Source: a candidate division WOR-3 bacterium | Lineage (GTDB): Bacteria > Hydrothermota > 32-111 | Assembly: GCA_039804205.1 (NCBI GenBank) | Contig: JBDRZY010000001.1 | Span: forward strand, 222,198 to 286,197 | Length of the DNA stretch: 64,000 nucleotides | Reading direction: 5' to 3' | Part shown: piece by piece, positions 1 through 10,492 of the stretch | Layout of the letters: the number at the start of each line of letters is the position of its first letter | Numbering within the stretch: position 1 is the first letter of the stretch | The notes under the pieces: generated by a model | What the model was told of the DNA's origin: nothing | The model's input: the letters and a program-made list of their open reading frames with translations, nothing else | Database searches by the model: none | Position numbers and translations under genes: made by a program

Positions 1-456
1 GTAACTGAAGCTGGAGGACTTTTGAGAGGTTCGATAAAAAATTCTATAGGTATATCTTATCTACTTTTGAATGGAGTAGGTGATACTGTAAGAGTATCAC
101 TTTCAGAATCTCCTCTCTATGAAGTTGATGTGGCGAAAATGATTTTATCCTCATTACATATAAATTCAAATGTACCCGATGTTATAGCATGTCCAACATG
201 CAGTAGAACAACTTTTGATGTTATTTCTGTTCAAAAGGAAGTTGAAAAAATCCTTGAAAATGTTAACAGTAAAATAAAGGTTGCAGTGATGGGATGTGTT
301 GTCAATGGTCCCGGAGAGGCAAGGGATGCTGATCTTGGTATAACTGGTGGACATGGAACTGGAGTTCTTTTCAAAAAAGGAAAGATAGTTAAAACTGGAC
401 CTATCGAAGATATTTTACAGATCTTTTATGAAGAGTTGAAAAATTATGGAAAATAA
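1..456 (+). CDS. ispG: 4-hydroxy-3-methylbut-2-enyl diphosphate synthase IspG/GcpE, C-terminal part (5' end lies outside the window)
   Basis: The reading frame is open from position 1. The translation VTEAGG...ACPTCSRT...MGCVVNGPGEA matches the IspG C-terminal [4Fe-4S] Cys motifs. The listed TTG start at 22 is internal. Confidence 0.85.
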   Translation, partial: VTEAGGLLRGSIKNSIGISYLLLNGVGDTVRVSLSESPLYEVDVAKMILSSLHINSNVPDVIACPTCSRTTFDVISVQKEVEKILENVNSKIKVAVMGCVVNGPGEARDADLGITGGHGTGVLFKKGKIVKTGPIEDILQIFYEELKNYGK

Positions 457-1483
457 AATAAAAATAATTCAGAATCTTTTAAAGGATAAAGAGATTATCT
501 TTATCGACGATCCAGAGCAGGTTTTTGATCTTCTTGAAAAAGATCTCTCTTTCAACTACGGAGAGTACGATGCAAATCTTTTCATCGGAAAAAAAAAGGT
601 TTATCTTATAGTTGATTATCTCCTTTATCCAAAGGTAAGAAATTTTGATTCCGTGGAGGTTGTAAAAGGTGACACTATTGATTATCTGAAAAATGGCAGG
701 TTGTTTCTTAAAGAATGGTTGAACATTTTAAAGGAAAACAGTATTACAAGAGTGGGACTTGTAAACACTTCTTTTTCTCTCTATTTTAAAGATTTTGTAA
801 CATTTAAATTTGTTTCCCCTTCAAAAACTTTGGGAACTTTAAAAAGTAGAAATGAAATTTCAAAGATCAAAAAGATCGCGGAAAGGATGGAAACAATCTT
901 TGAAAAAATTGAAAAAATGTTGAAAGTTGGAATACTGGATGTTCAGCTTAGAAATGCTGTAGATCTTTTGATCTATGAAGATGGATTCAAAAGATATTTG
1001 CCAACTTATGTTGGATTTGATGTCAAAACTATATATCCAACCCTGAATGGAGATGTATTGAAAGAAAATAGAATTGTTGTTCTCGATATCGGTGTTATGA
1101 AAGGTGGAGTTGGGTTTTCTTTTTCGAGAAGTTTCCCTTTTGGGAAACTATCCAGTAATAAAGAAAAAATTTTCAATATAGCAAAAGATGGTATAGATGT
1201 TCTACTTGCAGGTCTTGCAAAAAGAGGAAGTATCAAAGAGTGTGAAATGAATTATAGGGATTATTTGAAAAGTCATAAACTTGAAAAGATGTCGATAGAA
1301 TATGGTTTTTCTTATGTTTCATGTGCTGGAACCGGTGAAATAAACACTTTTGTTACGGATAGAACTGTAAAGGATGGAGAAATTTTTAAATTGACTTCAT
1401 CAATATTTATACCGTTGAAATATGGTGTTCGATTTGAGAGTTTGTTGATAAAGAATGGGAATCGTTATGAAAAGATACTTTAA
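446..1483 (+). CDS. M24 (creatinase/prolidase-fold) peptidase-like protein with degenerate metal ligands
   Basis: 345 aa with a pita-bread-fold signature (VVLDIGVMKGG...). The positions that normally hold the second Asp, the GHG His and the HE Glu read SF, SCAGTGE and NT here. Confidence 0.5.
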   Translation: MENKIKIIQNLLKDKEIIFIDDPEQVFDLLEKDLSFNYGEYDANLFIGKKKVYLIVDYLLYPKVRNFDSVEVVKGDTIDYLKNGRLFLKEWLNILKENSITRVGLVNTSFSLYFKDFVTFKFVSPSKTLGTLKSRNEISKIKKIAERMETIFEKIEKMLKVGILDVQLRNAVDLLIYEDGFKRYLPTYVGFDVKTIYPTLNGDVLKENRIVVLDIGVMKGGVGFSFSRSFPFGKLSSNKEKIFNIAKDGIDVLLAGLAKRGSIKECEMNYRDYLKSHKLEKMSIEYGFSYVSCAGTGEINTFVTDRTVKDGEIFKLTSSIFIPLKYGVRFESLLIKNGNRYEKIL

Positions 1484-2267
1484 ATTGTTCCTTTTGTTTT
1501 TGTTAATCTTTTTATCATGTTCACGGAAAGATTACAGATCGTATATGGAAAGAGGTGATTATAAAACTGCTTTGAAAATTGCTGAGGAAAATTTTAAACT
1601 ACATCCAGATAAAATAGTACTCAAAGATATAATTTTTCTTTCTGATGAAAAATTGTATGATACCAGAAGAGCGGTTATAAACACGAAAAGGTATGAAGAT
1701 CTAAAAGGTGATTTTTCAGGTATTGAAAAGGTTGCTGGAACATTATACTATAACTATTCTTTATCATTTTACAAAAAGGGAGAGTACGATTCTTCCGAAT
1801 ACTATTTAAAAAAAGCCGAATATTTTTCGCCCGAAAATTTTAAAGTGTATCTCCTTTTGGGAAAGGTCTTTGTGAGAAAAAATGATCCTGTAAAAGCGAA
1901 GGATTTTCTTTTGAAATCTCTACAGATCGAAAGTAAAAATGTTGAAGCGTATAAATTCCTGGGTAATATAGAATTTCTTCAGGGAAAGATCGAACAGGCA
2001 AAAAGATATTATGAAGATGGGCTTAAAGTTGATTCTTTGGATTGTCAACTTTTGATGAATTATGCGGAGTTGAACATAAAATCAAAAAATGAAAAGAAAG
2101 GGTTAGAGATCCTTAAAAAGGTTATATCGATAGATTCGACGAATTTTGATGCTTACGATAGGATCGTAAAGTATTATTATAAAATTGGATTGAACGATTC
2201 GATTTTTAAGTATATGAATCTTTATAACGACATTATCAAAAGGAAAAACAAAAGCGAACAAAAATGA
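1455..2267 (+). CDS. TPR-repeat lipoprotein
   Basis: Signal peptide with a lipobox (FLSCS), followed by repeated TPR-like helices (YYLKKAEYFSP, AYKFLGNIEF, AKRYYEDGLKVD). Confidence 0.6.
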   Translation: MGIVMKRYFKLFLLFLLIFLSCSRKDYRSYMERGDYKTALKIAEENFKLHPDKIVLKDIIFLSDEKLYDTRRAVINTKRYEDLKGDFSGIEKVAGTLYYNYSLSFYKKGEYDSSEYYLKKAEYFSPENFKVYLLLGKVFVRKNDPVKAKDFLLKSLQIESKNVEAYKFLGNIEFLQGKIEQAKRYYEDGLKVDSLDCQLLMNYAELNIKSKNEKKGLEILKKVISIDSTNFDAYDRIVKYYYKIGLNDSIFKYMNLYNDIIKRKNKSEQK

Positions 2268-2277
2268 AGGAGTTTAA

Positions 2278-2826
2278 ATGATATCAAGAGATGAAGCTTT
2301 GAAACTTGTTAAAGAGAATGTTGACAACCAGAACCTTGTGAAACATATGCTTGCGTGTGAAGTTTGTATGAAAGCGCTAGCAAAGCATTTCAAAGAGGAC
2401 CAAGATGAATGGGCACTTGCAGGGCTTCTGCATGATTTGGATTATAGGGAGACATTCAGGGATCCTCAAAAACATGGTTTCCTTACAGTTGAAAAACTGA
2501 AAAACCTTGATGTTACAAAAGACATTCTTGATTCGATACTCGCTCATCCTGGTCATAAGGAAAGAGAAAAACTTATAGAAAAGGTTCTTTTTTCTGTTGA
2601 TCCCTTAACAGGGCTGATAGTTGCTGCAGCGTTGATGCATCCTGAAAAGAAGATAAATAAGATCGATACAGAGTTTGTAATCAGAAGGTTTAAGGAAAAG
2701 AGATTTGCGGCAGGTGCGAACAGGGAACAGATACAGATGATAGAAGAAACAGGTTTAAAATTGGAAGAGTTTATCAATATTTGTCTTGAAGCGATGAAAT
2801 CGATTTCGGAGGATTTAGGACTATGA
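2278..2826 (+). CDS. HD-domain phosphohydrolase
   Basis: Carries the H..LA.E motif and LLHDLDY, the HD metal-binding signature. 182 aa. An SD (AAGGAG) lies upstream. Confidence 0.65.
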   Translation: MISRDEALKLVKENVDNQNLVKHMLACEVCMKALAKHFKEDQDEWALAGLLHDLDYRETFRDPQKHGFLTVEKLKNLDVTKDILDSILAHPGHKEREKLIEKVLFSVDPLTGLIVAAALMHPEKKINKIDTEFVIRRFKEKRFAAGANREQIQMIEETGLKLEEFINICLEAMKSISEDLGL

Positions 2827-3764
2827 AAATCTTACAAACACACAGAATACCTTTTGATACGAAAAACTTTCTAAATGGATATGGAATAGATGTTGATATA
2901 TTCGAAAATGGGATCCCTTATGAGAAGTTTGAAGAGATTATAGAAGATTATGACGGGCTATTGTGTCTTTTGAGTGATAGGGTAGATAAAAATATTTTGG
3001 ATAAAGGAAAAAAGTTGAAAATAGTTGCAAACTATGCTGTTGGGTTTGATAATATAGATGTTTTGTATGCGAAGGAAAAAAATATTTTTGTTACAAACAC
3101 ACCCGATGTTTTAACTGAAGCAACAGCAGATATCGCTTTTGCTTTACTTCTTGCTGTTACAAGAAGAATAGTTGAGGGTGATAATCTGGTAAGAAAGGGT
3201 GAGTTCAAAGGATGGAAACCTGATCTTCTTTTAGGGAAAGATCTTTTTGGTAAAACTCTTGGAATCTTTGGTTACGGTAGGATTGGAAAAGCTGTGGCGA
3301 GAAGGGCTAAAGGTTTTGGTATGGAAATAATATTTACCGATGAGATTGTTCAAGAAGATGGAATAGGTAAAAAAGTAAGTTTTGATAGATTGATAGAAGA
3401 ATCTGATTTTATCTCCATCAATGCACCTTTGAACGATAGAACTCTTTATAAGTTTGACATGGATGTGTTTAAAAGGATGAAAAAGGATGTTATCATTATA
3501 AACACTGCGAGAGGGAAACTGATAAAGGAAAAGGATCTTGTATACGCTCTGAAAAATAACATAATAAAAGGTGCAGGACTCGATGTTTTTGAGAATGAAC
3601 CTATAATCGAAGAAGAACTTTTAAAAATGAACAATGTAGTTTTATTGCCACATATCGGAAGTGCAACTGAAGAGACAAGAGAGAAAATGGCAATGATCTG
3701 TGTCAGATCGATAGTTGAGGTGCTTGTTGAAAAAAGGAGACCAGAAAAATGCGTAAACTTTTAA
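2823..3764 (+). CDS. D-isomer-specific 2-hydroxyacid dehydrogenase (glyoxylate/hydroxypyruvate reductase family)
   Basis: NAD-binding GIFGYGRIGKAVARRA. The R-E-H catalytic triad positions are present (NTARG, ENEP, LPHIGSAT). Confidence 0.8.
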   Translation: MKILQTHRIPFDTKNFLNGYGIDVDIFENGIPYEKFEEIIEDYDGLLCLLSDRVDKNILDKGKKLKIVANYAVGFDNIDVLYAKEKNIFVTNTPDVLTEATADIAFALLLAVTRRIVEGDNLVRKGEFKGWKPDLLLGKDLFGKTLGIFGYGRIGKAVARRAKGFGMEIIFTDEIVQEDGIGKKVSFDRLIEESDFISINAPLNDRTLYKFDMDVFKRMKKDVIIINTARGKLIKEKDLVYALKNNIIKGAGLDVFENEPIIEEELLKMNNVVLLPHIGSATEETREKMAMICVRSIVEVLVEKRRPEKCVNF

Positions 3765-4066
3765 CTCTCCTGTTGTTAACGATCTTCTTCATAAATGTTT
3801 TTTCAGATCCCTTCTTTTCATACGATAAAATCGATCATCTGTTTACAACTTTTGCGATAACAACATCGACAACACTTTTTGTTAAAAGTTTTATTGAAAA
3901 TCGTTCCGAGGTTGAGAATATAACTTTTTCAATTAGTGTTCCCGTTCTATTTTCATTTGGAAAAGAAATTTATGATAACTTTTCTGATGGTACCGTGTCC
4001 TGCAAGGATCTTCTATACGATTTTATTGGAATAGGTCTCGGTTATTTTATAGTGAGGTTAAAATGA
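3749..4066 (+). CDS. small secreted/membrane protein, function unknown
   Basis: 105 aa with a hydrophobic N-terminus and a good SD (AAGGAGA) upstream. Conserved D/H/E/G pattern (DKIDH...GKEIYDNFSDG...IGIGLG). No family assigned with confidence. Confidence 0.45.
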   Translation: MRKLLTLLLLTIFFINVFSDPFFSYDKIDHLFTTFAITTSTTLFVKSFIENRSEVENITFSISVPVLFSFGKEIYDNFSDGTVSCKDLLYDFIGIGLGYFIVRLK

Positions 4067-4293
4067 ATCTGTTCAAAAAAGGTAAGAAAAAAGATAGTAA
4101 ACTTATAAAAATCAATCTTTCTCCAGCTGAAATGTTTTATACGAATGCACTTTCAATAGAAGCTTTAGTCAACGTCCTTGAAAGTAAAAACATTTTGAAG
4201 AAACAGGAAGTTCTCGATGAAATTAGAAGGTTGGGGAAAGAGAGAAAAGAAAAAATGGAGGAATTGAATGAAGATATCGGAAAGAATAATTAA
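4063..4293 (+). CDS. small hypothetical protein
   Basis: 76 aa. ATG overlaps the upstream stop (ATGA) and a GAGG SD is present. Charged and coiled-coil-like. No recognisable family. Confidence 0.4.
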   Translation: MNLFKKGKKKDSKLIKINLSPAEMFYTNALSIEALVNVLESKNILKKQEVLDEIRRLGKERKEKMEELNEDIGKNN

Positions 4294-5464
4294 TATGCAG
4301 GAATCACCTATAAGAAAACTTTTGTCATACTCTGATGATGCAAAAAGCAGGGGGATCAAAGTTTATCATCTGAACATTGGACAACCTGATATCCCGACAC
4401 CAACCTATATCTATGATGCTATAAAAAACTATTCTGAACATGTTTTAGCTTATGGACCTTCCCAGGGATTAAAAGTTGCGAGAGAAACTGTGGCAGAATA
4501 TCTTTCAGGAATAGGCTATGATGTTAATCCAAATGAAGTTTTCATAACAACAGGTGGATCAGAAGCAATAATATTTGCGATGATGACAGTTGCGGATCAT
4601 GGTGATGAGATCATAATCCCTGAACCATTCTATACAAACTACAACGGTTTTGCCTCAATGGCTGGATTGAAAGTTGTTCCATTGCTGACAAGAGTTGAAA
4701 CAGGTTTCCATTTGCCTGAAGAAAAAGAATTTGAAAAATTGATAACATCAAAAACGAAAGCGATTCTGATCTGTACTCCAAACAATCCAACCGGAACTAT
4801 TTTTACCAGAGAAGAAATGGAAATGATTGTAAGGATCGCAAGGAAACATAATCTTTTCATTCTTTCGGATGAGGTTTACAGAGAATTTGTTTTTGATAAC
4901 AAAAAACACACTTCGATCCTTGAAATCGATGGAACACAGGAGAATTCAATAATGCTTGATTCGATTTCAAAAAGATTTTCAGCATGCGGTGCAAGGATTG
5001 GATACCTTGTTTCAAAAAATAAAAATATAATGAATGGTGTTTTGAAATTGGGACAAGCAAGATTGTGTCCTCCAACGATAGAACAGATAGGGATGATAGA
5101 GGGTTATAAGCACATGAAAAGTTTTATGAGGGAGATGATCGAAGAATATCAGAAAAGGAGGGATGTTGTCTATGAAAATCTGATGAAAGTTGAAGGTGTT
5201 TTTACAAGAAAACCTGAAGGTGCATTTTATGTTGTTGTCAAACTTCCAGTTGATGATGCAGATAATTTTGCTAAATGGATGTTGACAGATTTTGAAGTCG
5301 ATGGAAAAACTGTTATGGTCGCTCCCGCAAATGGATTCTACGCTTCACCTGATAAGGGGAAAGATGAGATAAGAATAGCATACGTTTTAAACACCAAAGA
5401 ACTTGAAGATGCGATAAAAATTCTTTCTCTTGGAATAAAAGAGTATAACCGAAGGAAAGGATGA
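4268..5464 (+). CDS. class I/II pyridoxal-phosphate aminotransferase (aspartate aminotransferase-like)
   Basis: PLP-lysine motif SISKRFSACGARIGY. Conserved N-terminal LNIGQPD and the NPTG motif. Confidence 0.85.
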   Translation: MKISERIINMQESPIRKLLSYSDDAKSRGIKVYHLNIGQPDIPTPTYIYDAIKNYSEHVLAYGPSQGLKVARETVAEYLSGIGYDVNPNEVFITTGGSEAIIFAMMTVADHGDEIIIPEPFYTNYNGFASMAGLKVVPLLTRVETGFHLPEEKEFEKLITSKTKAILICTPNNPTGTIFTREEMEMIVRIARKHNLFILSDEVYREFVFDNKKHTSILEIDGTQENSIMLDSISKRFSACGARIGYLVSKNKNIMNGVLKLGQARLCPPTIEQIGMIEGYKHMKSFMREMIEEYQKRRDVVYENLMKVEGVFTRKPEGAFYVVVKLPVDDADNFAKWMLTDFEVDGKTVMVAPANGFYASPDKGKDEIRIAYVLNTKELEDAIKILSLGIKEYNRRKG

Positions 5465-6480
5465 TGGACAGGTTAATCTTTGAAAATAAGATAGGTTCAT
5501 ACATCATTTTGCTGTTTCTCATTTTGATCTCAACATCGATAACATTGTTTTTAATAATTTTTTTCAAAGAGAAAAAATATAAATTTTTCAAAAGATTCTT
5601 CTGGTTCACAATTTTCCTCTTGTATTCGATCTCGTTTCATATCTCTGTATCTTTCTTTACTAAGTACACTCAGGTTTTCAACATATTGGTCGATATAACA
5701 AAAATATTATATGTTTTAACTTTCACATTTCTTTTCATATCTTTTATAAATTTTTTTATCGAGAGAATTTACAGGGATGATATTCTCAGACAACACATTC
5801 ATCTTTCACTACAGATAGAATCTCTTCTGAAAAAAACTGTATTCATATTTTCATTGATAGTGGCGTCAACTTTTATTTTAAGTATTCTTGGAGTTAACGT
5901 TCTGTCTATAATCACAGGACTTGGAATAGGAAGTGCTGCGATAGCACTTGCAGCTCAGGATCTTCTATCAAACGTTATAGGTGGAATGACGATATTTTTT
6001 TCAAAGGTTTTAAATGTTGGAGACCTTGTCGAAATAAATGATGAGTTGGGTTATATCATAAATATTGGTTTAAGAACAACAAAGTTGAAAAGGTATGATA
6101 ACAAGATCGTAATTTTTCCTAACAGCCTTGTTGCTAAAAGTAAAATAATAAACCATATGGAGAACGATGTTGTAAAAATTTCCTATGTTTTGCAACTCGA
6201 GTACAGAACATCTGTTGAAACTATCAAAAAAGCCTCTGATATCGTTACAAAAATACTTAACGATGATAACAGGATTGAAGATAAGAACTCAATAAATGTT
6301 GGTTTTTATAAATTTGATCAGTATTCTGTAAATCTTTATGTTAATTTTGCAGTAAACAAATCCCAGAATATAGCGCAGATAAAAGAAGATTTTCACTATC
6401 TTGTAAAATACAATTTCGATAGGGAGAAGATAAATTTTGCTTTCCCAACACAAAGTATAGAACTGAAACATAAGGAGTGA
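5461..6480 (+). CDS. small-conductance mechanosensitive channel (MscS family)
   Basis: TM helices followed by the MscS core [23 protein letters not shown]...VGDLVEI...[14 protein letters not shown]...[10 protein letters not shown]. Confidence 0.8.
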   Translation: MMDRLIFENKIGSYIILLFLILISTSITLFLIIFFKEKKYKFFKRFFWFTIFLLYSISFHISVSFFTKYTQVFNILVDITKILYVLTFTFLFISFINFFIERIYRDDILRQHIHLSLQIESLLKKTVFIFSLIVASTFILSILGVNVLSIITGLGIGSAAIALAAQDLLSNVIGGMTIFFSKVLNVGDLVEINDELGYIINIGLRTTKLKRYDNKIVIFPNSLVAKSKIINHMENDVVKISYVLQLEYRTSVETIKKASDIVTKILNDDNRIEDKNSINVGFYKFDQYSVNLYVNFAVNKSQNIAQIKEDFHYLVKYNFDREKINFAFPTQSIELKHKE

Positions 6481-7727
6481 TTATGGAAAAAGAAAATTTA
6501 AAAAGAATCGATCTTGAAATTTTCGAAGCAATAGAGAATGAGAAAAGAAGACAGACGGAAAAGATAGAACTTATCGCATCTGAAAATTTTGTTTCCGATG
6601 CTGTTCTTGAAGCATTGGGAAGTGTTATGACAAACAAGTATGCTGAAGGTTATCCTGGGAAAAGATATTATGGTGGATGTGAATTCGTTGATGTAGCAGA
6701 AAATTTGGCAAGGGAAAGAGCAAAACAACTTTTTAAAGCAGACCATGCAAACGTTCAACCACACTGTGGTTCACAGGCCAATATGGTCGCATACCTTGCC
6801 TTTTTGAAACCGAACGATACGTTTATGGGGTTGGATCTTTCACATGGTGGACACCTAACACATGGACATCCAATAAGTTTTTCAGGGATTCTATACAATG
6901 CGGTTCACTATGGTGTTGAGAGGAACACCGAAGTTATAGATTATGCGAAATTAAGAGAACTTGCAAAAGAGGTGAAACCAAAGATGATAATAACAGGTGC
7001 GAGTGCTTATCCAAGGTTTTTTGATTTTCCCAAATTTAGAGAAATAGCCGATGAAGTTGGGGCAAAACTTGTTGTTGATATAGCACACATCGCTGGACTT
7101 GTTGCGGCTGGTCTCCATCCATCTCCGGTACCGTACGCAGATATTGTTACTTCGACAACTCATAAGACTTTAAGGGGACCAAGGGGAGGATTGGTTTTAT
7201 GTAAAGAGGAACATGCAGCTTTGGTCGATAAAACTCTGTTTCCTGGAATACAGGGTGGACCATTGATGCATGTTATTGCTGCAAAAGCGGTAGCTTTCAA
7301 AGAAGCGTTATCACCATCTTTTGTAAAGTATCAGGAACAGGTTTTGAAGAACGCAAAACAACTCGCAGAATCTTTGAAGGAAAAAGGATACAGGCTTGTG
7401 TCAGGAGGAACGGATACACATCTTATGCTTGTCGACTTGAGAAGTAAAAATTTGACAGGAAAAGTTGCAGAAAAAGCACTCGATAAAGCGGGGATTACTG
7501 TAAATAAAAATACGATTCCATTTGATCCGGAAAAGCCTTTTGTTACAAGTGGAATCAGGTTGGGGACTCCAGCGATGACGACCAGAGGGATGAAAGAGGA
7601 TGAGATGAAAAAGATAGCATCCTACATAGATAGGGTTTTAACAAATATAGAAAATGAAGAAGAGATAAATAAAATCAGAGAGGAAGTGAAAGAGTTCACT
7701 TCACACTTTAAACTTTTTGCATGGTAA
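6477..7727 (+). CDS. glyA: serine hydroxymethyltransferase
   Basis: Full-length [26 protein letters not shown], and the PLP-Lys region [14 protein letters not shown]. Confidence 0.95.
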   Translation: MIMEKENLKRIDLEIFEAIENEKRRQTEKIELIASENFVSDAVLEALGSVMTNKYAEGYPGKRYYGGCEFVDVAENLARERAKQLFKADHANVQPHCGSQANMVAYLAFLKPNDTFMGLDLSHGGHLTHGHPISFSGILYNAVHYGVERNTEVIDYAKLRELAKEVKPKMIITGASAYPRFFDFPKFREIADEVGAKLVVDIAHIAGLVAAGLHPSPVPYADIVTSTTHKTLRGPRGGLVLCKEEHAALVDKTLFPGIQGGPLMHVIAAKAVAFKEALSPSFVKYQEQVLKNAKQLAESLKEKGYRLVSGGTDTHLMLVDLRSKNLTGKVAEKALDKAGITVNKNTIPFDPEKPFVTSGIRLGTPAMTTRGMKEDEMKKIASYIDRVLTNIENEEEINKIREEVKEFTSHFKLFAW

Positions 7728-7739
7728 GGAGGAAAATCT

Positions 7740-8984
7740 ATGGCAGTGATAAAACCTTTTAAAGGTATAAGACCTGTTAAGGAAAAAGTAGCAGAAGTAG
7801 CGGCACCGCCGTATGATGTTGTGTCAGTTAAGGAAGCAAGAGAGTATGTTAAAGATAAAAAATATTCTTTCCTGAAGATTGAAAAATCTGAAATCGAATG
7901 TCCTGATGATTGGGATGTTCATGATGAAAGGATATTCTTAAAAGGAAAAGAGAATTTTGAAAAGTTTCTTAAAGATAAGGTTTTATTTCAGGATAAGGAT
8001 GATTATCTTTACATCTATAAACAGATAATGGGAAAACATGAGCAAACCGGAATCGTAGCTTGTGCATCTGTTGATGATTATATATCCGATGTGATCAAAA
8101 AACATGAACATACAAGAGAGGATAAAGAAATCGAAAGAGCGATGCATGTTGATATCATAGATGCAAACACCGGCCCTGTTTTTCTTACATATAGGAAAGA
8201 AAAGGAGATAGATGATATAGTTAAAAATTTTATAGAAAAAAATGATCCTGAGTACGATTTTAAAGATGAGTTGAACGTGAGGCATATACTTTTTGTTATA
8301 AAGGATAAAAAGATAATTGAAAAATTGGTTAAACTTTTTGCTAATATAGAAAACCTGTATGTTGCAGATGGACATCATAGATCTGCAGCTGCTGTAAGGG
8401 TTGCCAAGAAGAGAAGAGAGAATCTTAAAAAGTACACGGGTAAAGAGGAATTCAATTTTTTCCTTTCGGTAATTTACCCTGATGATCAATTGAAAATAAT
8501 GGATTACAACAGAGTGGTGAAGGATTTAAACGGTCTTACAAAGGAAAAATTTTTTGAACAGTTGAAAAAGAAGTTCAATATTGTCGAATTGAAAAGACCT
8601 CAAAAACCTGAAAAGATACACTCCTTCACGATGTATATAGATAAAAAATGGTATAAACTTGAGGCAAAGGAGGATATAATATTTAGAAGTGATCCGATAA
8701 AATCTCTTGATGTTTCAATTTTACAGGATAATGTTTTGAACCCACTTCTTGGTATAAAAGAACCAAGAACAGATAAAAGGATAAACTTTGTAGGTGGTAT
8801 AAGAGGTATAGAAGAACTTCAAAGGTTGGTCGACTCAAAAGAATATGAAGTTGCTTTTGCTCTTTACCCTACAAGTATGGAACAGTTGATGAGTGTTGCT
8901 GATTCTGGAAACGTAATGCCTCCCAAGTCCACATGGTTTGAACCTAAACTCAGAAGTGGACTGATAGTTCATAAACTATCATGA
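7740..8984 (+). CDS. DUF1015 family protein
   Basis: Contains the ADGHHR motif and has the ~410 aa length typical of DUF1015. Confidence 0.7.
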   Translation: MAVIKPFKGIRPVKEKVAEVAAPPYDVVSVKEAREYVKDKKYSFLKIEKSEIECPDDWDVHDERIFLKGKENFEKFLKDKVLFQDKDDYLYIYKQIMGKHEQTGIVACASVDDYISDVIKKHEHTREDKEIERAMHVDIIDANTGPVFLTYRKEKEIDDIVKNFIEKNDPEYDFKDELNVRHILFVIKDKKIIEKLVKLFANIENLYVADGHHRSAAAVRVAKKRRENLKKYTGKEEFNFFLSVIYPDDQLKIMDYNRVVKDLNGLTKEKFFEQLKKKFNIVELKRPQKPEKIHSFTMYIDKKWYKLEAKEDIIFRSDPIKSLDVSILQDNVLNPLLGIKEPRTDKRINFVGGIRGIEELQRLVDSKEYEVAFALYPTSMEQLMSVADSGNVMPPKSTWFEPKLRSGLIVHKLS

Positions 8985-9770
8985 ATTCTTGAAGATTTTA
9001 AAAATTATGAATGTGGAGATTGAAACAAGAACGATCGAAGGACCAGAAGGAAAATCGAGTTTGTATGAAAGGAATAATCCTGTAAGTGAAAAGAATACAT
9101 TCAAAAGAAAATTGAAGAGAATTATTTTATAGATGTTTGTAAAAATGGTTTTTGTTATCAAAGGGGCTATAGTCAAAAAGATTATATTGACTATAACCCC
9201 TGAAATTTTTATCATAACAACAGTCCCTAAAGTTACAAAAAGATAGAAAATGGTGTCAAAAATATTGTAATTGATACCGACAATTTTTGAATATTCCTGA
9301 TCGAGTGAGATGAAAATAAACTCCTTCATAAAAATGAAAAAAATTATAATTGTAAAAATTAGAACAAAGGAAAGTAAAATAATATCAAATGTGTTTATTG
9401 ATAGAACATTTCCAAAAAGATACCCGAGCATATAACCCGTATATCCTTTTTTAAAATTTAAAAGTATTATCCCTATGGACATTCCCAAACTCCATATTAT
9501 TGAAACTGTTGAGTCGTTTTCAATTTTAAATTTTTTTCCGATGTAAAACATGATGGATGTGAAGATTAATGTGAAAGGGATAGCAACGAGAATTGGGTTC
9601 AAGGAAAGAAAAACTCCAAGTCCAAGACCGCCAAAGGCAGCATGTGAGATTCCTCCTGAAATGTATGTGGTTTTTCTTAAAACAACGAAGGTTCCAATTA
9701 TTGATGCAAGAAGAGAGTAAAGGATAAGAGAGAATACACTCAATTGAATAAATTTATACTCGAAAATCAT
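8979..9770 (-). CDS. metal (Zn/Mn) ABC transporter permease, ABC-3 family
   Basis: Polytopic membrane protein of ZnuB/MntB type (GGISHAAFGGLGLGV). Confidence 0.8.
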   Translation of the reverse strand: MIFEYKFIQLSVFSLILYSLLASIIGTFVVLRKTTYISGGISHAAFGGLGLGVFLSLNPILVAIPFTLIFTSIMFYIGKKFKIENDSTVSIIWSLGMSIGIILLNFKKGYTGYMLGYLFGNVLSINTFDIILLSFVLIFTIIIFFIFMKEFIFISLDQEYSKIVGINYNIFDTIFYLFVTLGTVVMIKISGVIVNIIFLTIAPLITKTIFTNIYKIILFNFLLNVFFSLTGLFLSYKLDFPSGPSIVLVSISTFIIFKIFKNS

Positions 9771-10492
9771 AATTTTTTATGATCACTATGATCTATAATG
9801 TTTACATCGTATCCGTAAAGATTGTTCATTACAAAATCTCTGTTTTTGTTTATATCACCATCAAAATTTATTTTTTTGTTTAAACATATTATTCTATTTA
9901 TTCTAGTTGAGATCGCACCAAGATCATGTGTTACTAGTATAATTGACATTTTTTCTTTCAGTTCAAATAGAAGGTTATAAAACTCATTCTGTGATTTTAT
10001 ATCTATAAATGAAGTCGGTTCATCGAGTATGAGCAGTTCTGGATCGTTCACAATAGCCCTTGCAAGAAGAACTTTTTGTAACTCTCCTCCGGAAAGGTTC
10101 GATAATCTTTTCTTTAAAAGTTTTTCTATACCCACTTTCCCGATCGTTTCAATGGTTTTTTGGTGATCATATTTGGTAAAATTTCTAAAAACTCCATTGT
10201 ATCTTGCAAGAAGTATGAAATCGTAAACTGATATTGGAAAATCAAAAAGGTCTGTTTTCCTTTGAGGGAGATAACCAATGGAAATATTTTTTTTATAAAA
10301 TTCAATCGTTCCAGATGTCGGTCTATTTATACCGAGTATGAGTTTCAGGAGTGTTGTTTTCCCTCCACCGTTTGGACCTATTATTGATACGAGTTCGTTC
10401 TCCTCAATTTTAAAATTGATATTCTCTAGAATAACTATTCCATTTAAAATGTATCCTAAGTTTTTTATTTTTAAAATATGATCAGAACTCAT
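9767..10492 (-). CDS. metal ABC transporter ATP-binding protein
   Basis: Walker A GPNGGGKTT, signature LSGGELQKV, Walker B LILDEPTSFID. Confidence 0.85.
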   Translation of the reverse strand: MSSDHILKIKNLGYILNGIVILENINFKIEENELVSIIGPNGGGKTTLLKLILGINRPTSGTIEFYKKNISIGYLPQRKTDLFDFPISVYDFILLARYNGVFRNFTKYDHQKTIETIGKVGIEKLLKKRLSNLSGGELQKVLLARAIVNDPELLILDEPTSFIDIKSQNEFYNLLFELKEKMSIILVTHDLGAISTRINRIICLNKKINFDGDINKNRDFVMNNLYGYDVNIIDHSDHKKL

